This document shows positions 9,199-18,954 of a stretch of DNA of 64,000 nucleotides, piece by piece (within the stretch, counting starts at the first letter, position 1; every line of letters begins with the position of its first letter). Under the pieces are notes generated by a model. That model worked only from the letters and a program-made list of their open reading frames with translations. It was not told where the DNA came from and made no database searches. Location of the stretch: the NCBI GenBank assembly GCA_003597955.1, contig QZJU01000021.1:44880-108879 (forward strand), given 5' to 3'. Source of the stretch: Candidatus Parcubacteria bacterium. GTDB lineage: Bacteria; Patescibacteriota; Patescibacteriia; PEXW01. The position numbers and the translations under genes were made by a program.

Positions 9199-9798
9199 AT
9201 GCCCCATCCCGTGCCCGTAATGTTAAAAATTGCCCGATTAGCTTTTGGATTTTGGCTCTTTGTAGAAATTTTAAGTTGGGTCAAAATTTTGCCTTTGACT
9301 TTAGAATTTACCTGGCTGGGCTTGGTGGTGACCGCAAGTTTCGCCTGGGGGATTTTAGAAATTATTTCTTGGCGCTTGCGGAGAGTCGGTGCCCGCAACC
9401 TTTGGGGTCTGACTTATTTCGCGGCCTTATTCAGTCAATGCGTTGACGCTTTTGGCGATATCTCTAGATTCTATGGCAAGTTCGGTTGGTATGATCAATT
9501 TGCGCATTTTGTTGGCGGCGCCGTAGTAGCCTTGGTGATTTTTGATTTGCTCTTGGCCTTGCAGGACTCGGGCAGATTAAATTTACCGGCCAAGGGCCGG
9601 GCCATTATTGCCATTTGCGTTTCAATGGCAGCCGGCAGTCTTTATGAGCTAGAAGAATATGGCGAAGATGTGTTTTTCAACAGCAACCGTCTGGGCAATG
9701 CCTTTGATACGGGCAATGATATGTTCCTGAATACTTTGGGCGCCGCGGTTTTAATCTGGTTGATATATTTTATCAGGCGCCGGCGCAAACTATTATGA
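9199..9798 (+). CDS. Integral membrane protein (DUF2238/VanZ-like)
   Basis: Several TM segments; WYDxxAH, YExxEY and DTxxD motifs. Confidence 0.7.
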   Translation: MPHPVPVMLKIARLAFGFWLFVEILSWVKILPLTLEFTWLGLVVTASFAWGILEIISWRLRRVGARNLWGLTYFAALFSQCVDAFGDISRFYGKFGWYDQFAHFVGGAVVALVIFDLLLALQDSGRLNLPAKGRAIIAICVSMAAGSLYELEEYGEDVFFNSNRLGNAFDTGNDMFLNTLGAAVLIWLIYFIRRRRKLL

Positions 9799-11117
9799 TT
9801 AAACAAATAGTAAAAAAATTTTTGCCTAGGCCGTTAATAAAAATTTACCACAGCTTGGTTGCCCGCCTGGCGGCGGGTTGGTACGGCCTGCCCTCTCGCA
9901 GGCTTTTGGTTATTGGTGTAACCGGAACCAAAGGCAAGTCGACGACCGTGAATATGATTGCCCATTTGCTGGAAGCCTTGGGTGAGCGCGTGGCTTTTTT
10001 TTCCACGGTACAAAGAGGGATTATGAGCGCGCGCTTGACGAATCGCAGTAAAATGACCATGCCTGGCCGGGGTGAACTGCAGAGATTTTTAAGGGAGGCG
10101 GTGCGGGCAGGGTGCACGGCAGCCGTGTTGGAAGTTTCCTCCGAAGGTTTGGCTCAAGGCCGACATTTAGGCATTGCCTTTGATGGCGCCGTGCTTTTGA
10201 ATCTAACGTCGGAGCATATCGAAGCGCATCAGGGTTTTCGGAATTACCGGCAGGCCAAAGAAAGGTTGTTCGCCGGCTTAAATCGGCCGTGGCGAAAGAT
10301 TTTGCATGACAAAGAAATTCCAACCGTTATCGCTGTGAACGCCGATGAAAAATTTGCTTTTAATTATTTGCGTCATGCCGCAGACCGGCGTTTGGCCTGG
10401 ACAATGACTAAAAACGGTGTCAAAGATATTCCGGGTTTGCAAATTTTTAGAGCGCAAGAAATTGAATTATCACCAGCCGGTTCCAAATTCAAAGTAAACG
10501 GCATTTTGGTTAAACTTCCACTCGTCGGCGAATTTAATGTTCAAAACGCCTTAGCCGCAATGACGACATTAACCGGCTTTGGTTATGAAGTAAAAAAATT
10601 AATATACGCCTTGGCTTCAGTACCGAAAACTCCTGGCCGACTGGAAGAAGTGAAATTAAATTCCGCATTCAAGGTTTTTGTGGATTACGCGCATGAGCCG
10701 GCGAGCTTGCAAGCCGTTTACAATGCAGTCAAATTGTTTCAACCCAAGCGCTTGTTAACTTTGTTGGGCAGCCAAGGCGGTGGCCGTGATATTGCCAAGC
10801 GGAGCGTGATGGGCGCGCTCGCCGCAAATTCCGCGAACATTGTTTTTGTCACCAACGAAGATCCCTATGATGAGCCGCCGGAAAAAATCGTGGCTGATGT
10901 CGCCCAGGCGGCCGACAGCGTCGGCAAAGCAAAAGTTTTCGCAATTCCGGATCGACGCTTGGCGATTCGAAAAATGTTGAGCTTGGCCCAACCGGGCGAT
11001 GTTCTGCTTTTAACCGGGAAGGGCGGGGAAGAAGTCATGGCCATTTCCAAGGGCAGATTGATTCCCTGGGATGACCGTCAGGTTTTGCAGGAAGAATACT
11101 TAAAAAATACCCAGTAA
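9795..11117 (+). CDS. murE: UDP-N-acetylmuramyl-tripeptide synthetase (MurE-like)
   Basis: GVTGTKGKST, LEVSSEG, VDYAHEP, GGRDxxKR, NEDP. Confidence 0.88.
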   Translation: MIKQIVKKFLPRPLIKIYHSLVARLAAGWYGLPSRRLLVIGVTGTKGKSTTVNMIAHLLEALGERVAFFSTVQRGIMSARLTNRSKMTMPGRGELQRFLREAVRAGCTAAVLEVSSEGLAQGRHLGIAFDGAVLLNLTSEHIEAHQGFRNYRQAKERLFAGLNRPWRKILHDKEIPTVIAVNADEKFAFNYLRHAADRRLAWTMTKNGVKDIPGLQIFRAQEIELSPAGSKFKVNGILVKLPLVGEFNVQNALAAMTTLTGFGYEVKKLIYALASVPKTPGRLEEVKLNSAFKVFVDYAHEPASLQAVYNAVKLFQPKRLLTLLGSQGGGRDIAKRSVMGALAANSANIVFVTNEDPYDEPPEKIVADVAQAADSVGKAKVFAIPDRRLAIRKMLSLAQPGDVLLLTGKGGEEVMAISKGRLIPWDDRQVLQEEYLKNTQ

Positions 11118-11144
11118 ATACAGGCGGATAATACATTATTTAAG

Positions 11145-11201
11145 TTATCCACAGGTTGTTGATGCTTCTGCCTTGACAGGGGGTGAAGTTTATATTACTT
11201 T
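11145..11201 (+). promoter_or_regulatory. rpoBC promoter region with a DnaA-box consensus
   Basis: TTATCCACA at 11145-11153; TTGACA(11173)-17-TACTTT(11196). Confidence 0.55.
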
Positions 11202-11480
11202 CAATTCATATATTTAAAAGGCTTTGCCTAAGAAATTTTAAGCTTGGGCTCCATAAAGCTCCCCTAAGATAATACTCGGGGAAATCCATTAAGGAAATTC
11301 ATGTTAAATTCATAAAGCAAGAACAGGGCTTGTAAACTCTTTCCGTTTTATTTGTGCACGGGTGGAGAGCTTTTGATTCTGTCTTGGAAAATTTCAATTG
11401 CGCTTGACAGCGATTAAAAAATTCACTAGCCAGAGAAATTATTTAAGAAAATTTAAAACAATTCCTTCAATAATTTTCCT

Positions 11481-14400
11481 ATGCAAAAAAAGCGACATAC
11501 CGTACATCACGAAGGGGCAATTGCCGGCTATAACCGAAAGTCTTTTACTAAGATTCGGGAAGCCACGGCTTTGCCGGATTTGATAGAAATTCAAAAACGC
11601 AGTTACCAATGGTTTTTTGAAGAGGGCTTAAAAGAACTTTTTGATGAAATTTCACCAATCCGGGATTTTATCGGGCGAGATTTGGAATTGTATTTTTTAA
11701 ATTACTATCTGGACGAACCCCGCTTTGACGAGCTGACGGCTAAGGCTAAGAATGTCACTTTTGAAGCGCCGTTGCGGGTGGCAACAAAATTAGTTAACAA
11801 AAAAACCGGGGAAATTAAGGAACAGGAGATTTATTTGGGTGATTTTCCATTGATGACCGATCGCGGAACTTTCATTGTCAACGGCATCGAAAGAGTTGTG
11901 GTCAGCCAGCTGATTCGAAGCGCTGGCGTTTTTTTCACTTCGGAACTAATACGCGGCCGGAAATACTACGGCGCCAAAATTATTCCCAACCGAGGCGCTT
12001 GGCTAGAAATCGAAACCGATGCTCAAGATGTCATGTGGGTGAAAATTGATCGTAAACGTAAAGCGCCGATCACGGCTTTGCTGCGGGCTTTTGGTTATGG
12101 CACAAACGAAGAGATCATTGAACTTTTTAAAACCATTGATACCCATTCCGAGCGCCGGTTTATTGATGCAACTTTTAAAAAAGACCCCAGCCGTTCCGAA
12201 GCCGAAGGCTTGAAAGAAGTCTATAAAAGAATCCGGCCGGGTGATTTGGCAACCACGGATAATGCGCGAGAATTAATTACCAAAATGTTTTTTAGTTTTG
12301 ATCGGTACGACTTTGGACGCGTTGGTCGCTATAAACTAAACCAGCGTTTCAATTTTAATTTCCCCAACGATCCCAGTCACCGGGTTTTACAAAAGGAAGA
12401 CCTCCTGTCAATCTTGCAGATGATCATTAAATTAAATCTAAGCCAAAAAGACGCAGATGACATTGACCATTTGGGAAATCGTCGCGTTAGAGCCATCGGC
12501 GAATTAGTTCAGAATAAATTCCGGGTTGGGCTTTCGCGCATGGAAAGAATAATTAAAGATCGGATGTCGACTTTGGACATTACCACAATTACGCCTAATC
12601 AATTAATTAACGCCCGGCCGATCATTGGTGCCATCAAAGAATTTTTCATGTCATCCCAGCTTTCGCAATTTATGGACCAGACTAATCCGTTGGCCGAGCT
12701 GGAACACAAGCGGCGTTTGTCGGCCATGGGGCCGGGCGGCTTATCGCGTGAACGGGCGGGCTTTGATGTTCGGGATGTGCATCGTACCCACTACGGCCGC
12801 ATTTGCCCGATCGCCACGCCTGAAGGTCCAAACATCGGTTTGGTCGGTCATTTGGCAAGTTATGCGCGAGTGAATGATTTTGGTTTTATTGAAACGCCTT
12901 TCCGAAAAGTTGTCCATGACGTGCCCAATGACGGTAAAGCCGCAGTGGGTGAAATTGCCCGAGAGGATATCGGCGACATTATCAAAGCAGGTCAGGATAT
13001 TTCCGAAGTCCAAGCCAAGGCTTTAGCAAAATTGGAAATCGAAACCGTGCCGGTTAAAGCCAGGGTGACCAAAGAGGTTGTTTATCTCGATGCTTTTACC
13101 GAAGAGCGACACGTTACAACCGCCGCCACCACGCCAACCGACGAAAACGGGTATTTTTTGGTAAATCGCACGGAAATTCGAATGCATGGGGAACCGACCA
13201 CCGGCCCAACAGACAAAATTGACTATATGGATGTTTCACCTAACCAGATTATTTCCATTGCCACATCTTTAATTCCTTTTGTGGAACATGATGATGCGGC
13301 GCGGGCTTTGATGGGCACGAATATGCAGCGGCAGGCTGTTTCTTTGGTCCGGCCCGAATCGCCGGTAATCGGTACGGGCGTGGAAGCCCGCGCCGCCCAG
13401 GATTCGGGGCAAGTTATTTTGGCCAAACAAGCAGGTGTAGTCACTTCGGTCGATGCTAGCCATATTGAAGTTTTGGAAGATGACGGTAATTTACGAACTT
13501 ATCGTTTGGGTAAATTCGTCAGATCTAACGCCTCGACCTGTATGAACCAGAAGCCAATTGTGGAAAAACATCAAAAAGTGAAGGCCGGCGAAGTTTTAGC
13601 TGATGGCGCGGCCACGGACCATGGCGAATTAGCATTGGGCCAAAATGTAATAGTCGCTTTCATTCCCTGGGAAGGCGGAAATTACGAGGACGCGATTTTA
13701 ATTTCTGAAAGATTGGTGCAAAAGGATCGTTATACCTCCATTCACATTGAAGATTTTGTCATTGATGTGCGCGACACGAAATTGGGACCGGAAGTGGTTA
13801 CGCGCGATATTCCGAACATCGGCGAAGAGAAGTTGCGCAATCTAGACGAAGAAGGCATTGTCAGAATCGGCGCGCAGGTTTCGTCTGGCGACATATTGGT
13901 CGGTAAAATCACACCCAAAGGCGAAACCGAGCTTTCTGCGGAAGAAAAATTACTTCGAGCGATTTTTGGCGAAAAAGCCAAAGACGTAAAAGACAGCTCT
14001 TTATATTTGGAGCATGGCGAGCATGGCAAGGTCGTGGATATTAAAATTTTTTCTCGCGAAAAAGGCGATAAGCTGCCTTCCGGAGTTATAAAGAGCATTC
14101 AGGTTTCGGTGGCGCAATTACGAAAAATTCAAGTTGGCGATAAAATGGCCGGTCGGCACGGTAACAAAGGCGTGATTTCCAGAGTGGTCGCGGCGGAAGA
14201 TTTGCCGTACCTGCCAGACGGCACGCCCGTGGATATTGTTTTGAATCCTTTGGGCGTGGCCTCGCGTATGAATTTGGGGCAGATTTTAGAAGTTCACTTG
14301 GGCCTAGCCGCCAAGACCTTAGGTTATAAATTAGTCAGCCCAGGTTTGAACGGCGTTCCCGAAGACATAATCCGGCAAGAATTGAAAAAAGCGGGCTTTC

Positions 14401-14909
14401 CAGAGAATGGAAAAATGCGGCTGATTGACGGGCGCACGGGCGTGCCTTTTGATCAACCCGTCACCGTCGGCGTTATGTATATGATGAAGCTCATTCACAT
14501 GGTGGAAGATAAAATTCATCAACGCTCCATCGGTCCATACTCGCTAGTGACCCAACAGCCACTTGGTGGCAAAGCCCAATTTGGCGGCCAAAGATTTGGT
14601 GAAATGGAAGTTTGGGCTCTGGAGGCTTATGGTGCGGCCCATACACTGCAAGAAATGCTAACCATAAAATCTGATGATGTGGTGGGCCGGAGCAAGGCCT
14701 ACGAGTCCATCATCAAAGGCGAGGCTATTCAAAGGCTGAATATTCCGGAATCCTTTAATGTTTTGGTGCGGGAACTAAAAGGCCTGTGTTTGGATGTGGA
14801 ATTGATTGGTGCGCAAACCGAACCCGTGGAAGAGCTACGGGCCAAACCCGCCGCCGAAAATCTCAAGCCAACCTTGCCCGAAGAGGCGGTCAAGGATTCC
14901 GATAATTAA
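11481..14909 (+). CDS. rpoB: RNA polymerase beta subunit
   Basis: GDKMAGRHGNKG, GGQRFGEMEVWALEAYG. Confidence 0.99.
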   Translation: MQKKRHTVHHEGAIAGYNRKSFTKIREATALPDLIEIQKRSYQWFFEEGLKELFDEISPIRDFIGRDLELYFLNYYLDEPRFDELTAKAKNVTFEAPLRVATKLVNKKTGEIKEQEIYLGDFPLMTDRGTFIVNGIERVVVSQLIRSAGVFFTSELIRGRKYYGAKIIPNRGAWLEIETDAQDVMWVKIDRKRKAPITALLRAFGYGTNEEIIELFKTIDTHSERRFIDATFKKDPSRSEAEGLKEVYKRIRPGDLATTDNARELITKMFFSFDRYDFGRVGRYKLNQRFNFNFPNDPSHRVLQKEDLLSILQMIIKLNLSQKDADDIDHLGNRRVRAIGELVQNKFRVGLSRMERIIKDRMSTLDITTITPNQLINARPIIGAIKEFFMSSQLSQFMDQTNPLAELEHKRRLSAMGPGGLSRERAGFDVRDVHRTHYGRICPIATPEGPNIGLVGHLASYARVNDFGFIETPFRKVVHDVPNDGKAAVGEIAREDIGDIIKAGQDISEVQAKALAKLEIETVPVKARVTKEVVYLDAFTEERHVTTAATTPTDENGYFLVNRTEIRMHGEPTTGPTDKIDYMDVSPNQIISIATSLIPFVEHDDAARALMGTNMQRQAVSLVRPESPVIGTGVEARAAQDSGQVILAKQAGVVTSVDASHIEVLEDDGNLRTYRLGKFVRSNASTCMNQKPIVEKHQKVKAGEVLADGAATDHGELALGQNVIVAFIPWEGGNYEDAILISERLVQKDRYTSIHIEDFVIDVRDTKLGPEVVTRDIPNIGEEKLRNLDEEGIVRIGAQVSSGDILVGKITPKGETELSAEEKLLRAIFGEKAKDVKDSSLYLEHGEHGKVVDIKIFSREKGDKLPSGVIKSIQVSVAQLRKIQVGDKMAGRHGNKGVISRVVAAEDLPYLPDGTPVDIVLNPLGVASRMNLGQILEVHLGLAAKTLGYKLVSPGLNGVPEDIIRQELKKAGFPENGKMRLIDGRTGVPFDQPVTVGVMYMMKLIHMVEDKIHQRSIGPYSLVTQQPLGGKAQFGGQRFGEMEVWALEAYGAAHTLQEMLTIKSDDVVGRSKAYESIIKGEAIQRLNIPESFNVLVRELKGLCLDVELIGAQTEPVEELRAKPAAENLKPTLPEEAVKDSDN

Positions 14910-14917
14910 TTATTTTT

Positions 14918-17900
14918 ATGCCTGAAGACAACCAAGCTTTAAAAGACTTTTCCGCCATTCGTTTGAAATTAGCTTCGCCTGACGCCATCAAGCATTGGTC
15001 GTATGGCGAGGTGACCAAACCCGAAACCATTAATTACCGAACGCAAAAACCGGAAAAGTCCGGACTTTTTGCCGAAGAGATTTTCGGCCCCACTAAAGAT
15101 TGGGAATGTTATTGTGGCAAATACAAAAGAATCCGTTATAAAGGTATTGTCTGCGATAAATGCGGAGTTGAAGTGACGCGCGCTTTAGTCAGGCGGGAAA
15201 GGATGGGACATATAGAATTATCCGCACCAGTTTCGCACATCTGGTTTTTACGTGGCGTACCTTCGAAAATCGGCTTGATTTTAGATCTCTCTATTCAAGA
15301 TTTGGAAAAAGTTATTTATTTTGCTTCTTTTGTTATTACCGGCGTGGATGAAAATTTGCGAAAAGAAACATTAGCGCAGATTGAAGCGGAATTGGAAGCC
15401 AAGCGAAAAAGCATTGAGGCGGACGCGCAAAGAGTCGGTAACGAAATTCAGGCTAAGAAATTAAAAGATTTGGAAACAATTAAAAATAGCCCTGAAAAAT
15501 TGAAGAAGATTGAAAATCAAGTGACCGATGCTTTGGCGGCCAACGCCGCGCGCAAAAACGAACGCCTGGAAGCCTTGAACGCGGCCGCGGCCGTCGCCCG
15601 GAAAGAACTGGCAAATTTGCAGGTAAAACAAATTATTTCCGAAAGCCAGTATCACGATTTGTCTTTGAAATACGGTCACGTCTTTGAAGCTGGTATTGGC
15701 GCTGAAGCCATCCACCAACTTTTAAAGCGGGTGGAGTTAGATCAGGAAATAAAAGGCTTGGAAAAAGACCGTCGTTCTGGTTCGGAAGTTAAACAGAAAA
15801 AGGCCGTAAGGCGATTAAAGCTTTTTCGGAATTTGAAAACTAACAATTTGCGGCCCGAGTGGACGATTCTGACGGTCATTCCAGTAATCCCGCCGGATTT
15901 ACGGCCTATGGTTCAGCTGGACGGCGGTCGTTTTGCCGCCTCGGATCTTAATGATTTGTATCGGCGGGTAATCAATCGCAATAACCGCTTGAAGCGGCTT
16001 TTGGAATTGAACGCGCCCGAGGTCATTACTCGCAATGAGAAACGGATGCTCCAAGAAGCCGTAGACGCTTTGATTGACAACGGCGCCCGACACGGCAAAA
16101 CGGTCACGGCAGCCACGGGCCAAAAAAGGCAATTAAAATCCATCGCTGATATGTTAAAAGGTAAGCAAGGGCGCTTTCGGCAGAACCTATTGGGTAAGCG
16201 CGTGGATTACTCTGGTCGTTCGGTCATCGTGGTGGGTCCCCATTTGAAGCTTCACCAATGCGGTTTACCCAAACGCATGGCATTGGAATTGTTTAAACCC
16301 TTTGTTATCGCTCAGTTGATCAAGCGGGAATATGTTCACAATGTCCGCAGCGCGAATCGGTTTATTGAAAGTGATCGCAGCGAGGTCTGGGATATTTTGG
16401 AAGAAATCACCAAAACCTCGCACGTTCTTTTAAATCGCGCGCCAACTCTTCACCGCCTGGGCATCCAAGCGTTTCAGCCGGTTTTAATTGAAGGTAAGGC
16501 CATTCAAATTCACCCTATGGTCTGCACGGCTTTTAATGCGGATTTTGACGGGGATCAAATGGCCGTCCACGTTCCGTTGACCGAAAGCGCCAAAAAAGAA
16601 GCAGCCGAACTAATGCTTTCGGCCAAGAATTTATTGAAGCCCGCGACCGGCGCGCCTGTGGTCACACCTTCTCAAGATATTGTTTTGGGCTGCTTTTATC
16701 TAACCATGTTGCGGCCCCAGGAAAAGCCTTTTGCCTTTGTAGGCGCTGATGAGGCGCAATTAGCCTTCGCCATGGGCCGGATAAAACTACATGATGAAAT
16801 CATCGTTCGGCAAGGAAAAGAGAAACTTAAAACCACTGTGGGGCGACTGGTTTTTAACGCTAAGTTGCCCGAGGGCTGGGAATTCATAAACCAACATTTA
16901 GACAAAAAATCTTTGTCAAAATTAGTGGGCCGTTTTATTCAAAAGGTGGGTGTGGAAAAAACGGTTGCTTGCATAGATGCTTTGAAGAATTTAGCTTTTG
17001 AATATCTGACCAAGTCCGGCATTAGTTGGGGTATGGATGATTTGATTATCCCCAAGGAAAAGGCGGAGATTTTGGCGGCAGCGGATAAAAAGGTTGACGA
17101 ACTGAATCATAATTATGAGATGGGCCTATTGACCGATGAGGAAAGGCACAACCGAATTATTGAAGTCTGGGATCAAGCCAAAATTAACATTCAAAAAGCC
17201 TGCAAAATTACATTGGATAAATTCGGTCCGGTTTTCAGCATGATTGAGTCAGGCGCGCGGGGCAGCTGGGGCCAAACCACGCAAATGATGGGTATGAAGG
17301 GCTTGGTGACCAATCCGGCCGGAGACATTATCGAATTGCCCGTGCGTGGCAGTTTCAAAGAGGGCTTTGAGGTCTTGGAATATTTTATTTCCACTCACGG
17401 CGCTCGCAAAGGTTTGTCGGATACGGCCTTAAGAACTGCGAATGCCGGCTATTTAACTCGGAGATTGATTGATGTGGCTCAAGATATTGTCATTAGCGAA
17501 GAAATGTGTGAAGACGCCGAGGGCGTAGTGCTTTCCAAAACCGATTCCGAAGTTTTCGGGGAAACTTTAGCGCAAAGAGCCTTGGGTCGGACGAGTCTGC
17601 AGAAAATTCTTGATCCCAAAACCAAGAAGATTATAGTTGCGAAAAATGGTTTAATTTCTGAAGAAATTTTACCGGCTTTGGAATCTTTGGATTTGGATGA
17701 AATTCGGATTCGTTCGGTTTTAACTTGCCGATCGAGTCGCGGATTATGCGCCGCCTGTTACGGTTATGATCTTGGTCATAATCGGCCTGTGAAATTAGGC
17801 ACTGCGGTTGGTATCATTGCCGCGCAATCCATTGGCGAACCAGGCACGCAGTTGACCATGCGGACTTTCCATACTGGCGGTGTGGCCGGCCAAGACATCA

Positions 17901-18805
17901 CCCAAGGTTTACCCAGGGTTGAAGAATTATTCGAAGCCCGGCCTGTTAAAAAACCCGCAATTTTGTCGGCCGTGTCAGGCACCCTGTCCATTCAGGAGGG
18001 CGAAAAAGGCGAAAAGCTTCTGCGCATAAACTATCGGGGCAGCACCGATGACCTGTATCCGCTTAAGCGGGGCTTCAAGCCAGTGGTCAAAGACGGTGAA
18101 ATAGTGAAGGCCGGAGAAAAATTAGCTGAGGCCAAAGGCAAGGACCCGATCTCGGCTATTAAAGGCGGCCGCGTGGTAATTCAGGACGACCAACTTTCAG
18201 TTAAGCGCGAAGAGGATAAAATCCAAGAATACTCAGTTCACCCCGGCGACACGCTTTTGGTCAAAGACGGTGATTTGGTGAATATCGGAGATCAGTTGAC
18301 GGAAGGCAGTCTGGATCTGCATCAGCTTTACCACATGAAAGGCGAACGCGCCGTGCAGAATTATCTGATTCAGGAGATTCAGTATATTTATTCTTCCCAG
18401 GGACAGAAATTAAACAGCAAACATCTCGAAGTCATTGTTCGCCAAATGTTCTCCCGGGTGTATGTGCATGAAGCTAATGAGACAGAGCTGATTTCGGGTG
18501 AAATAATTGAACGCACCCAGTTTGACGCGGCCAATGTCAAAGCCGAGACAAAAGGCAAAAAGCCAGCCAAGGGTGAAATTTTGCTGTTTGGCATTACCAA
18601 GGCCTCCTTATCCATTGACAGTTTCCTTTCCGCCGCCTCTTTCCAAGAAACCGCCCGAGTTTTAATTGACGCGGCAGTTTCAGGCAAAGTCGACAGACTA
18701 CGCGGTTTAAAAGAGAATGTTATTATCGGCAAATTGATACCAGCGGGGACTGGCTATAAACCCGTTGAAAGTCCCGTAGACAAGGACCAAAAAGCGAAAA
18801 GCTAA
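14918..18805 (+). CDS. rpoC: RNA polymerase beta' subunit
   Basis: NADFDGD, N-terminal Zn ribbon, QLTMRTFH. Confidence 0.99.
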   Translation: MPEDNQALKDFSAIRLKLASPDAIKHWSYGEVTKPETINYRTQKPEKSGLFAEEIFGPTKDWECYCGKYKRIRYKGIVCDKCGVEVTRALVRRERMGHIELSAPVSHIWFLRGVPSKIGLILDLSIQDLEKVIYFASFVITGVDENLRKETLAQIEAELEAKRKSIEADAQRVGNEIQAKKLKDLETIKNSPEKLKKIENQVTDALAANAARKNERLEALNAAAAVARKELANLQVKQIISESQYHDLSLKYGHVFEAGIGAEAIHQLLKRVELDQEIKGLEKDRRSGSEVKQKKAVRRLKLFRNLKTNNLRPEWTILTVIPVIPPDLRPMVQLDGGRFAASDLNDLYRRVINRNNRLKRLLELNAPEVITRNEKRMLQEAVDALIDNGARHGKTVTAATGQKRQLKSIADMLKGKQGRFRQNLLGKRVDYSGRSVIVVGPHLKLHQCGLPKRMALELFKPFVIAQLIKREYVHNVRSANRFIESDRSEVWDILEEITKTSHVLLNRAPTLHRLGIQAFQPVLIEGKAIQIHPMVCTAFNADFDGDQMAVHVPLTESAKKEAAELMLSAKNLLKPATGAPVVTPSQDIVLGCFYLTMLRPQEKPFAFVGADEAQLAFAMGRIKLHDEIIVRQGKEKLKTTVGRLVFNAKLPEGWEFINQHLDKKSLSKLVGRFIQKVGVEKTVACIDALKNLAFEYLTKSGISWGMDDLIIPKEKAEILAAADKKVDELNHNYEMGLLTDEERHNRIIEVWDQAKINIQKACKITLDKFGPVFSMIESGARGSWGQTTQMMGMKGLVTNPAGDIIELPVRGSFKEGFEVLEYFISTHGARKGLSDTALRTANAGYLTRRLIDVAQDIVISEEMCEDAEGVVLSKTDSEVFGETLAQRALGRTSLQKILDPKTKKIIVAKNGLISEEILPALESLDLDEIRIRSVLTCRSSRGLCAACYGYDLGHNRPVKLGTAVGIIAAQSIGEPGTQLTMRTFHTGGVAGQDITQGLPRVEELFEARPVKKPAILSAVSGTLSIQEGEKGEKLLRINYRGSTDDLYPLKRGFKPVVKDGEIVKAGEKLAEAKGKDPISAIKGGRVVIQDDQLSVKREEDKIQEYSVHPGDTLLVKDGDLVNIGDQLTEGSLDLHQLYHMKGERAVQNYLIQEIQYIYSSQGQKLNSKHLEVIVRQMFSRVYVHEANETELISGEIIERTQFDAANVKAETKGKKPAKGEILLFGITKASLSIDSFLSAASFQETARVLIDAAVSGKVDRLRGLKENVIIGKLIPAGTGYKPVESPVDKDQKAKS

Positions 18806-18954
18806 AAAGCGCGGTAAAATCAGGTAAAAAATCGCAAAAAATTTTAGCGATGGTTGGGGGTTGCTTACAACTGAATTCTTTGGCTTGAACAGGGGATTTT
18901 TATGCAAAAAACCTAGCTTTTTTGTTTAAAAACTGATAATCTTAATAACACTTT

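Noticed and set aside
11145-11153. oriC
   Set aside because: A single DnaA box, with no cluster and no dnaA/dnaN nearby.
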